From Asterias rubens (Eukaryota), in assembly GCF_902459465.1 (NCBI RefSeq), contig NC_047062.1:21948001-22012000 (forward strand): DNA of 64,000 bases. Reading direction: 5' to 3'. The position numbers and the translations under genes are program-made. Positions 37,181 to 48,398 of this stretch are shown here, in pieces; position 1 is the first letter of the stretch, and each line of letters opens with the position of its first letter. The notes under the pieces are model-generated. The model was not told the DNA's origin and ran no database searches. It saw only the letters and a list, made by a program, of their open reading frames with translations.

Positions 37181-40100
37181 GTGTTTCTTTTTCCACCATC
37201 TCCCAATATCGCTCCTGTGTACACAAACAGCAAATAAAACCATCATTGGAGTGTTGTTACCCAACAAAAGCAATCGTTGAATTACCAGTGTGTTCTGTCA
37301 GGGCCTGATTTCATGGAGCTGCTCAGCAGAAAATAATGCTAAAGCAAACAACAAATGAGTGGGGCTGCCACCGTGGTCAAGTGGTTAGTTTGCAGGACTT
37401 GCAATCACAAGGTTGTGGGTTCGAATCCCCCAGCTAACCACTGATTTCACAATGACTTGAATAAATATTGTCGTCTAGTTAATGAATCACAATTTCTTGA
37501 TTTTTGTAATTCATAATCATAGACGTTAAACCAATGTTTGTGAGAGAGAGATTGGCTGTTGCCAGCTTGGTGTTTATATCCCTTGTGAGAGTTTGCGGAG
37601 TTCCCTCGATGGGAAGATCATTTAAACAAACAAACAAACAATGTAAACTTTATGTAATTTTGGCTGGTAACTAATTTCTGTTAAGCAAGATTTGTCTGTG
37701 CTCGGAAATTATTTATGCCTACAGGCAAAAGACCAGTAACATTTTCCCATAACCTTACCACACAAACTATGAGTACTAAATCAAAAAGTTACAGATATAA
37801 ACACAATGAATTGGGCGTAAAAAAAAAATCTTCTCTCTTTTCTTTTTCAATCACATCTAAAACTATGTTGTTAAACCTCAATCAGGTTGCTGTAACCAAA
37901 CCAAAACTGCGAAGAAAATTTAGTCTGGCCCCTTTTCAACTTATGAGAATCAACCTTCATATTTGCTTTAGCGTGCAGGGAATATGACATCTGCAAAATA
38001 CTAAGGCGATCCCTAATAATACAAAAAACAGGTGATCCCTAATAGTAACAACAAAAAAAATTTGGCACATCTGTCATCTCGGTTTTCAGCTAGTCCATAA
38101 AATAAATTTGTTTTGAACAAAAATTCTCTTGACAGTGACATGCAGCCTTTATGTAGATTTCATAACAGTGTTTTTGTCCCCAGACCCTCAGACCAACAAA
38201 GCAGCATCTGCCTATGGTTTCACAGTAGTAATGACACACACGAAAAGGATGTAAGCAAACAAGTTTACCAATGCATTCGATTAATGAGTAACAGAATAAA
38301 GGGTCAAGCAATCCAAATTCGTACCAGGCAGGGGCAGGTCTGAGGATTCCTTTCACTGTGAGGGCAAGGCGGGGCTACTTTATAATGAGGCTACTGTTAA
38401 TTTGTACTGGAGCGTTTCGAGGGGCAACAAGGCAATGACCAGAGCCTAATTTTGAAGAGCTGCTTAAAGGCAGTGGACACTATTGGTAATTGTCAAAAAC
38501 TAGCCTTCACAGTTGGTGTATCTCAACATATGCATAAAATAAGAAACCTGTGAAAATTTGAGCTCAATCGGTCATCGAAGTTGCGAGATAATAATGAAAG
38601 AAAAACTACCCTTGTCACACGAAGGTGTGTGCGTTTAGATGGTTGATTTCGATACCTCAAGTTCTAAACCTGAAGTCTCGAAATCAAATTCGTGGAAAAT
38701 TACTTCTTTCTCGAAAACTATGGCACTTCAGAGGGAGCCGTTTCTCACAATGTTTTATACCATCAACCTCTCCCCATTACTCGTCACCAAGAAAGGTTTT
38801 ATACCAATAATTATTTTGAGTATTTACCATTAGTGTCCACTGCCTTTAAGCAGAAAATACTGCATAAAAGTAATCTGCTTATCTAAAATAAGCAGGATAC
38901 CCACACAGTAACTGCAACACAGTATTTTTAGTTTGTATTTTGTATGTATCATTATAATTATTGTTTTTCCTCGGTGTTCCATGTTTTTGTTGTAGATCTT
39001 TTATGGCCTTTTGTGCCCTTCATATTTATATTTATATTTTTAACATATTTATTGTATTATGATTGTATTTCAAATTCAATCTCTTGCTGTGACTTTTGAA
39101 ATGTTTTCAATTAATTAAAAAAAAAAAAAATCCATTTCCCCCCGGCTTCTCCCCTTGAAATGGAACAGTCCAGCCTTGGCCTTTGCCGTGTGATTATATT
39201 CAACAACAATGCACTTAAAATCGTCCAATACTCTTTGGAAAGTTTTTTATAACAACAACTATACAGATCTACCCGTGCAGCTGTTGCATATATTGATGTT
39301 TTTATTCAACTGTCTCTGATTATTTTACTTCCAACAGAAAAAATAATAAAACCAAAAATAATGGCTGATGAAAACAAGGAAACGAATGGACAACGATGTT
39401 TCAGATAAGAGCTCCATGCATGTAAAACAATACGAGTTGGAGATTTGTAAAACAAAGATTCTGGTCTGAAATAATCCTTACTATCTTAGAGACTATCTTA
39501 GAAGACAAATATAAATTCTTCTTTTTTTTGGGGGGGGGGGGGGTCAAAAATTTAAAATAGTATGGGTTTGTTAGGGAATGTCACTGTCTTTAAGAAATAT
39601 TACAACTTAGTAATTTACAACCGACTTATGTTCTGCCACCCCTTCTCTAAAAAATGCTTTTCTTGTACAGTAATTAGCACTATTCAAAATATAACAGTAG
39701 TGAAGAGCAATTTGAATTAAACTATTCACAGACATGCATATTGATTCTATAGACAATAAGTGCGCAATTTATTGGGGAAATTTGTTGCATAAATTGGACA
39801 GTTTCACTCGACAGTATCAATCCATGAGTAAGTTGCAACCGTTTTTTTTGTTTTCATGACATTGTGCACTGAGAATACAACAAAACTGAAAGCAATTTGT
39901 TTTAACAATACATTTAATGACTTGTAGTTTCTGTACTTGGGACTGTTATTCTGCTGGGACAAAAGCTTGAAGAGCAAGGGATATATCAAATTCTGTTGTG
40001 TGACTTTCCTGATACTGCTAATAGAACGAGTACTAATGTGAGTGGGGACAAAATTACAATCCTCTAACCTCGCATCAAAATTGTGTAAAAAGCCATAGTA

Positions 40101-43100
40101 TTCGATACCCTTAAGGGGCAAAATGTCAACATAAAAATATCCTAGGAAATCTTTTTAAGAAAAAATGGTCTGTATGGAACGTTTTGGCTCATTCCTCAAA
40201 AGGGACATGAACTTGACATTTTGTATGTCGACAAAGAATTTTTCCTTGGAATGTAGAGACCCATTTAATTAGTTGTTGAAATCCAATGACGTCATGTTTT
40301 AAACACCGCTCTGAGAAAGTTGGGAATATGAACCGAAACATACCCGTATAGGCCCATTTTCCACTGGCTAGTCCATACACATGTTAAAGGCTTTTTACTC
40401 TACTTCATTTATTGTATCTTTCTGGTAATAAAACCCAAGATCCTAAGAAACAAAATTCTGGTTAGTGCCAAATCATGACCTATTTTGTGTGTAGGGCCCC
40501 CTCTTGACAGTAGCAGTTCCAGGGTGCCGAGACAGTGGTGAAAATACAGTTTTTTCAATCTCTCCCTTAGATTGGTACATCTTTAGTCATTTTCGTAAGG
40601 TAAATCATAAAGTTCTTTGTTTTAAAGTAGCATGGTGACAGTAACAGGCAAGGCATCATTTGAAGTTAATAATAAGGATCTTAAATCACCAGAAACTGTG
40701 ACTCAATTATTGAAATGAAACCAGGAAAATGGGACTAAAATAGGTTGCAAGACTGTGATCTGGGATCCTAACCAAGGTCCTACATGTATGTGTCCAAGGT
40801 TTTAGACAAGGAAGCATTCCACTCTGCCAACTTGATCCACTGCCATTTGCATCAATTACTATTATTTTGAAACTTTGCATGGTGGAAATAAGATATAGAA
40901 GGGTTTGCGGTAACACCATGTAATGACTATCTCTAAATGAGTTGGGGTGGTTCTGAAAAGAACCGTTGGTTAACTCGACGTTTCGATCAGTATGCTCTGA
41001 TCGTCTTCTGGAGAAAGAAGACAATCAGAGCATACTGATCGAAACGTCGAGTTAACCAACGGTTCTTTTCAGAACCACCCCAACTCATTTAGATATAGTT
41101 ATTAAACCATTCTATATTTTGAAATGTTTGTTCATATTCAGATAATGTGCCGTTGTACAAAGAGACACTAACAGCTGTATACTTGTACATAGACTTTGAA
41201 CCTACTTCTCTCCACGTGGCACACAACAAAGACACGCTGCCTTTTGTTTTATTATAGATGACTAAGGGTTGACACACAGAAATAACAATGCTATTTATCA
41301 TCCTAAGAGGGTGGGGTTGTCATTTACAACAGAGGGGGTGAGAACAGTACATGGAATAGAAGGAGGCTACTTAGGTTTTCAATGTGAACTCATGAGAGTA
41401 GATGGGTAATTTGAAAGGATTTTGAAAACGTTGTTTTGGTTTTGCTTTACTTTTTATATTAAAAAATTAAAAAGAAAGAAAAGAAAACAAGAAAGAAAAT
41501 AATGTACATGTATTTGTAAAAAAAATTGTTTTTAAATAATTTAAGAATTAATAAAGTTAATACATAAAATTTCTGAATTTTGAATCTTTAGTATTTTTGG
41601 CCTAGTATCAAATGCTACTCGCTGGAATTGTGAATACTACAATTTGAATCTAGCATCCCTCCCTGGATATCTCTTAAATCAAAGCTGGCCCCTTTGAGTT
41701 TATTTGGAAGTAGATAAATACAATTTTATGTCCAAAAGAAGAAACAACTGATGGAACAGATGAACCCCTCTGTTGTGTAGTTGTACCAGCCTTTTTTTTA
41801 TTGTCCCTATTATTATTTGACAGGTTGTAATAAATGTACGTATTCATCGGAAGTGTGTTCCACTTGGCCATGACCCAATGAGAGTAATAAACACCCATTG
41901 AGAGAGCAAGGTGTGATCAAGGACTTGCATAGTCTGGTGAAAGAAATTGTTTAAAGGCAGAGGACACTATTGGTAATTACTTAAAATAATTATTAGCATA
42001 AAACCTTACTTGGTAATGATTAAAGGCAGTGGACACTATTGGTTATTACTCAAAATAATTTGTAGCATAAAACCTTTCTTGGTGACGAGTAATGGGGAGA
42101 GGTTGATAGTATAAAACACTGTGAGAAACAGCTCCCTCTGAAGTGCCATAGTTTTTGAGAAAGAAGTAATTTTCCACGAATTTGATTTCGAGACCTCAGA
42201 TTTAGAATTTGAGGTCTCGAAATCAACCATCTAAACGCACACAACTTCGTGTGACAAGGGTGTTTTTTCTTTTATTATTATCTCGCAACTTCGATGACCG
42301 ATTGAGCTCAAATTTTCACAGGTTTGTTATTTTATGCATATATATGTTGAGATACACCAACTGTGAAGGCTAGTCTTTGACAATTACCAAAAGTGTCCAC
42401 TGCCTTTAATGGGGAGTGGTTGATAGTATAAAACATAGTGAGAAACGGCTCCCTATAAAGTGACGTAGTTTACGAGAAAGAAGTAATTTTCCACGAATTT
42501 GATTTTGAGACCTCAAGTTTAGAATTTGAGGTCTCGAAATCAAGCATCTGAAAGCACACAGCTCCATGTGACAAGGGTGTTTTTTCTTTCATTGTTACCT
42601 CACAACTTCAACGACCAATTGAGCTAAAATTTTCACAGGTCTGTTCTTTTATGCATCCACCCAGTGAGAGGATGTGTCTTTTAAAATTACCAAACGTGTC
42701 CATTTGTCTTTAACTCTTTGGTGCGCTAGAACACATTCAAATTGGACGCTGATAAACGGTCTTAAAACCTACAACACCTATTCTATATACTGCCCTCATT
42801 CTCATGCCCTCATTCTGTTGTTCAGAGCGATGTCAATAGGGGGCCCTAATTAAATTTTGAGAAAAACATGGATGAACGAGATTTGTTTAAAACAATAAAA
42901 TTAATCTGTGCACCAAAGGGTTAAGACAACCGACAGGGTCGGTTGTGACAGGGTCGGTAAACATTCATGAAATAAAGTGATTAAATGAACTGTATTTCTG
43001 AATGAGTTTCAATGTAAATCAAACAACCAAGAGCACGTTTATTTTTGTTGGATGAGACAAATAGCCCCCTCTTGTGGAAGGCAGGCACAATAGAATTAAC

Positions 43101-46100
43101 CATTAATTCACAAATGTTGTGTCTCTGTGTCTTTTGTGTGGTCTTGCTGTTGATCAACGTGCACTGATCGAACAGTAAGGCCTGTAGATGGCAAAACTCC
43201 GAAGATTTACTAATTTCCTCTAATTTGATCCACACTAAAGAGAAGGTTTACCTGCCGAGCAGATTGTGTATTCTTGTTACAGATTCTTCCATTGGTCATT
43301 GTTTCTCAAACTTTCATTTGCAATTTCACACAAAAAGTAGCTATAGTTTACATTTTACAATGAATAGCGGTACATATTACATACTGGGCACTGCTATAGT
43401 CAACCTCCAAGTTTTATCCTTTTTTACTGAAAAATGACCAATCCTGTACTTTGTGAATTAAAGGCACTGTACACGTTTGGTAATTACTCAAAATATATAT
43501 TAGCATAAAACCTTACTTTGTATTAACAAGCAACGGAGAGCTGTTGATAGTATAAAACATTGTGAGAAACGACTCCCTCTGAAGTAACGTAGTTTTTGCA
43601 AAAGAGGTAATTTCTCACTAAATTAATAAACGACTTCTGGCCAGAAGTCTTTTATTCCTATATGAAAGCACACTATTTTGTACAACAAGGGTGCTTTTTC
43701 TTTCACCATTTCTTGCAACTTCAATGACAAATTGAGTCCAAATTTTCACAGGCTTGTTATTTTATGCATATGTTGGGATACACCAAGTGAACATACTGGT
43801 CTTCTTTGACAATTACCGAACCTGTTCAGTGCCTTTAACAGTCTGATCATTGTGGCAATAGTATTGAACTCTGCACCAATTTTTTTTTAGGTCAAACGTA
43901 TTTAAGGTCAAATGGTTGAAGAACTTACCTTAAGTGCAGTCAGTTGAAATGATGACGGTCTCGCTGACTGGATGCGTGCCTCTGTCTGACACTGAACTAT
44001 CTCCTATTCAAAGATCAAAATAATCAATATATGATCAGAAATCATGAGTGTAGTTTAAATTTCAAGTTCAAGTAATAAACCACAAGGGAAACATGACTTA
44101 CCAAGTCAGTTTCCCTTGTGACTTGTTAGGCTACTTGATACAATATTAAAAGGTTGCATTCCCTTAAGGTGATCCCCTGGCCACTGCTTTCCAGGTTGTG
44201 ATGAAAACTTGGGTGTGATCCCTGGCTACCCCGAACAAGGCATAATGGGGAGACCACCAACATAGGGTTGAATAATGGATACCTCAGTTGGTAGAGTGCC
44301 GGTACGTTGATCCGGAGATCATTGGTTCAGGTCCCGCTCCAGTAAATTTGTCTTTGTTCAAACCCAAATATAAGTTAAAGTTGAAGTTGATACATGTATG
44401 TTTGAGATGAATATGACACCACTAGTATACAAAAATATGTAGGCCTAGCAAGAATTCAGCTTGGAAGATTTTAAATGTGTTATATATGATAAGTCTAGCA
44501 TCCTGACCCTCACCTGAATTAGTTCTTGGTTCCTCTGTTTAGCCTGGCCCCAATGATGAGCCACCGATGCACTAAGCTCCTGAGTATCTCCAAGACGTAA
44601 CTCTGTCTGCTTCAATAACGCCTCACGTCGTACTAATCTACATTCATTGAGATTCAATTGGAAAACAACAAAAATATAAATGAGGCTGAATCATTCAAAC
44701 ACTGATAAAAAAAGGGCACTTGTGTTTGTGGGGTGATGGGGTACTCCTACTCCTAGAACTATACGAGGTTCGTTCTGCTATTTATTGTCTCCACGAACTA
44801 GTGATACGAACCTCATAGTTCCAGGAGTAGAAATGATAGCGACACATTCCTCATAGTTCCAGGAGTAGAAATGATAGCGACACATTCCTCATAGTTCCAG
44901 GAGTAGAAATGATAGCGACACATTCCTCATAGTTCCAGGAGTAGAAATGATAGCGACACATTCCTCATAGTTCCAGGAGTAGAAATGATAGCGACACATT
45001 CCTCATAGTTCCAGGAGTAGAAATGATAGCGACACATTCCTCATAGTTCCAGGAGTAGAAATGATAGCGACACATTCCTCATAGTTCCAGGAGTAGAAAT
45101 GATAGCGACACATTCCTCATAGTTCCAGGAGTAGAAATGATAGCGACACATTCCTCATAGTTCCAGGAGTAGAAATGATAGCGACACATTCCTCATAGTT
45201 CCAGGAGTAGAAATGATAGCGACACATTCCTCATAGTTCTAGGAGTAGAAATGATAGCGACACATTCCTCATAGTTCCAGGAGTAGAAATGATAGCGACA
45301 CATTCCTCATAGTTCCAGGAGTAGAAATGATAGCGACACATTCCTCATAGTTCCAGGAGTAGAAATGATAGCGACACATTCCTCATAGTTCCAGGAGTAG
45401 AAATGATAGCGACACATTCCTCATAGTTCTAGGAGTAGAAATGATAGCGACACATTCCTCATAGTTCTAGGAGTAGAAATGATAGCGACACATTCCTCAT
45501 AGTTCTAGGAGTAGGGTACTCCTCCTAGAACTTTTGAGTATTATGAGGTTGAGCAGAATCATCGCACATTTTTGTGAGAGTATTGTAAACTTGTTGTTTT
45601 GTTGGGGTTGTAGTGAATTCCATTGACAGCTGCCAAGCATGTGTTAGTTTTTAGTGCTTGCACTCAGAGACTTTTACCATTCCCCTATTGTATGTGACCA
45701 TCTGGGAATGTCAGCTGTAAATGGTGAACAATCAGCTCCAAAACCCCCAGTGTAGTATAAAAGGCTATTGTAAGTTCCTTTGTGCACGCCCATTGAGCAG
45801 GCCCTAATCTTTTTCCTTAGCCATATAAAAGTGAATGCAGACAATTGGTCGCCCTCACTCTTCTCCAGATTTTGGTACAGAAAGGTTGTATCTCTCTAAC
45901 TTATATACATGTAGTCGTAGTATTTGTTAAGGTTCATTTATTGTGGTTGTCCAAGGGCTGACTGGAAACTGAATTGGTAGTACACTACTCCTATACAGCA
46001 ACCTTTCAGCTGGAGGACACCATTAGGGTATAAAGAAATATCTCTTAATAATTAAATATAAATAGTAGCTAGTAATTGTATTTGGGAGATCTTAAATAAT

Positions 46101-46797
46101 TTGAATGAAGCCAAAGCTGACCAGCGCCGCCAAATGAAGCTTAATTCTGCCCAGACTCAGAAATAGGGTAAGTGTATATTATTGTAAAGTTATACCCTAC
46201 AGGGTTATCGACCCGTCAGAGTCAGACTTTCTTTAAAATTGTCGAGTTGTCTTGAGTTAGTTGATAATGATTGGTAAATGCAGCTATGATAACAAGCGAA
46301 ATGAGTCCTGGTGGATCAGAGTTCTCCATGGATACATCAAAATATGGAAGATATTGAGTGAACAATCAACAAGTGGCAAAGAGACGTTGATCTGTAACAT
46401 TCTTATTCGTCAATTTGTAATAGTTCTAACTAATTCATGATGTCATCACGTCATAAAAATAAAATCAATTCAACTATCTTTTTAGAGGTAACAAGAAACA
46501 GGTATCTTTCTCGTTTGTTTACTTGTCACCGCTCACCAGTGATTTGAGTGACATACTTGTAATTTATACTATAAACTATAGATAAAGTTACACTACAGTT
46601 TTGAGTTTAGTAAAACATCAATTTCCATAAACATTCAATTCATGATGACTCTGCCACCTCTGGTCTGGGCTTGCATCACATTCAATATCACATCATGGAT
46701 AGCTCCATGATCACAACTACATACTCGTCGTATTTTGAACTCACATTTCTTCATGCTTCTGATTCAGCTCAATTTCCTTTTGTAGCCATCGGTCCAT
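37116..46797 (-). CDS. CEP15: Centrosomal protein 15 (C3orf14) homolog, 116 aa, 4 coding exons
   Basis: Exons 46797-46745, 44637-44514, 44003-43929 and 37214-37116, all GT-AG and phase-consistent (351 nt). Protein: MDRWLQKEIELNQKHEEILVRREALLKQTELRLGDTQELSASVAHHWGQAKQRNQELIQEIVQCQTEARIQSARPSSFQLTALKERYWEMVEKETPKWKEEVKKAKRDKINPPSAR. It matches the recalled vertebrate C3orf14 pattern (QEIxLxxxHEEI, LLxQxExxLGD, RNxxL, RYWxxVExxxPKW). Confidence 0.85.
37365..37640 (+). mobile_element. Full-length tRNA-derived SINE (family B) with (CAAA)n tail; headless copy at ~58885-59032
   Basis: Head TGGTCAAGTGGTTAG...GGGTTCGAATCCC. The body (TTTGTAATTCATAAT...GAGAGATTGGCTGTTGCCAGCTTGGTG...GGGAAGATCAT) is shared with the 58.9 kb copy and ends AAACAAACAAACAAAC. 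Confidence 0.75.
38464..38849. mobile_element. Kolobok-like MITE family 1, complete (378 bp between TTAA sites)
   Basis: TTAA at 38464-38467 and 38846-38849, with both TIRs. Confidence 0.9.
40921..41104. repeat. Near-perfect 184-bp palindrome built from two hammerhead-bearing arms
   Basis: Arms 40921-41009 and 41016-41104, 6-nt loop GGAGAA, about 3 mismatches by eye. Confidence 0.92.
41951..42713. mobile_element. Kolobok-like MITE family 1 with a second copy (42024-42405) nested inside it
   Basis: The inner element is flanked by TTAA at 42020-42023 and 42406-42409. Removing it and one TTAA restores the family consensus GGTAA.GA.TAATGGGGAG. Confidence 0.9.
43458..43838. mobile_element. Kolobok-like MITE family 1, diverged complete copy
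   Basis: TTAA|AGGCACTGTACAC ... GTTCAGTGCCT|TTAA. Confidence 0.85.
44265..44370 (+). mobile_element. tRNA-derived SINE (family A), second copy
   Basis: CTCAGTTGGTAGAGTGCCGGTACGTTGATCCGGAG...GGTTCAGGTCCCG...AGTAAATTTGTCTTTGTTCAAACCCAAA, aligning with 448-545. Confidence 0.7.
44811..45514. repeat. 38-bp minisatellite, 18 full units plus a 20-bp partial, almost homogeneous
   Basis: Unit CCTCATAGTTCCAGGAGTAGAAATGATAGCGACACATT; the only visible variant is CCAGG to CTAGG in a few right-hand units. Confidence 0.97.
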
Positions 46798-47927
46798 CTT
46801 TAGCAATAACTTCTTAATTGCGAACACAATTTAGACAGATAAGAGGGATCGGAATGTCTTGAAAATTAACACAACACTGCACGGAATTTGTTTACAAACT
46901 AAAAGGCGCATTACTCTTGAGGGCGCAATTTTTTTTGTTATTTGTATTTTCCTAGAGAGAATCGGGTACAGTTGGCTTGCATGTTAATGTTATTTATCGC
47001 TAAAAGTATGAATCTATCAAACAGCAACGGGAGTACAAAGTGTCACAGTTAACTTCTCTTTACAATTTTACACAGGTGTCATTCGTAATTTACAACTTTT
47101 ACCAACTTTTTTGATGACGAAAAGCCACCGCTAAAGAGAAATAGCGCCGCCACGCGTTCATTTTTAGCCAACCTACTTATAACAAAAGCCTGCGGCTGTT
47201 GCATGCATGTTAAGATGCGCGCAAGTTACGATCTATGGGGGCGGGGGGGGGGGGGGTGCTGAAAGATAACTTTTCCAAAATAAAATTTTGAGCATAATGA
47301 CCATCCAAAATGAAACACCCAAAAAGTGGCCCAATTATTTTTTTTTTTTTAAAAGGGCCCCACAAACCTTAGCAAAATAGGTCCCCTTTTTGATCGGGCC
47401 CCACAGGTATACCCAAAATGTTGCAGAATAACAGTCAACAACCTCAGGAAACAATACTGGACTATTTTTTCAACAATCCTTGAGAGCCATAACCTTAAAA
47501 ACCTAGATTTACAGAAAGTACTCGGTTTGTCCTTGCTTTGTGATTTTACACTTAATTTGTAAAATTTAGAGCACGGTTTTCTCACTATTTAGGATGTTTC
47601 CCCTTCTGACTCAAACCAAACAGACTTTACATACTAGACAAACATAACATAATGTGGCAAATTGACCATTTACAATAAATATTACAAGACAAAGACCTAA
47701 AAAATGTTGAATATAGCATTACGTTATTTATTTCTTCACATAAAAATTGTCACCAAGTTGATATATGCTCATTTGGTAATTTGTAATTCATAAGATGAAA
47801 ATCATTCAAACAAATTATTTTCTTTGAAAATTACTTTGATTATGGATCATCTGTTGTCTCAAGTGATTGCAATATGTTCATAAATGTCTTATTAAATGGT
47901 GTTTGAAGCTTTGCATGGTGTAGAGAA

Positions 47928-48277
47928 TAAGAGCAACTATAAATATAAATATTGAGAGGGAACTTGCCGGTACAACCATGAGTAAAAAAACTCTTTTCAA
48001 GGAGTGGTGGCTCTGAAAAGAGACGGTTAGGTCTCGACGTTTCGAACAGTATACTCTGCTCCTCTCCTTCCCGCCCAAAAGTGCATCCCTCCAGTCATAC
48101 ATAAGCTCCACCACCTCCAGTAGTCCAGCATTCTCCTGAAGACGAGCAGAGTATACGATTCGAAACGTCGAGACCAAACCGGCTCTTTTCAGAGCCACCA
48201 CTCCTTCAAAAGAGTTTTTTGACCCATGGTTGTACCCGCAAGTTCACTATTAACATTTATATTTATAGTTGCTCTTA
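47928..48277. repeat. Long inverted repeat (~133-bp arms, ~83-nt spacer) with a hammerhead motif at 48132-48173, downstream of the ESF1 stop codon
   Basis: TAAGAGCAACTATAAATATAAAT...CTCGACGTTTCGAACAGTATACTCTGCTC pairs with GAGCAGAGTATACGATTCGAAACGTCGAG...ATTTATATTTATAGTTGCTCTTA. Confidence 0.9.
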
Positions 48278-48398
48278 ATGTCGGATTACTCTGCAAAATC
48301 ATCCTGGGTGTGGCTCTAAGGTGTGGTTCCAGGGTGTGGCCCTCGGGTGTGGCTTGAGCATGGTAACTTAAATACCATCTGTTTGTATAGTTCAATTT

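Noticed and set aside
44811-45514. 38-bp repeats of CRISPR-like length
   Set aside because: Units are directly adjacent with no unique spacers, there are no cas genes, and the context is a eukaryotic intron.
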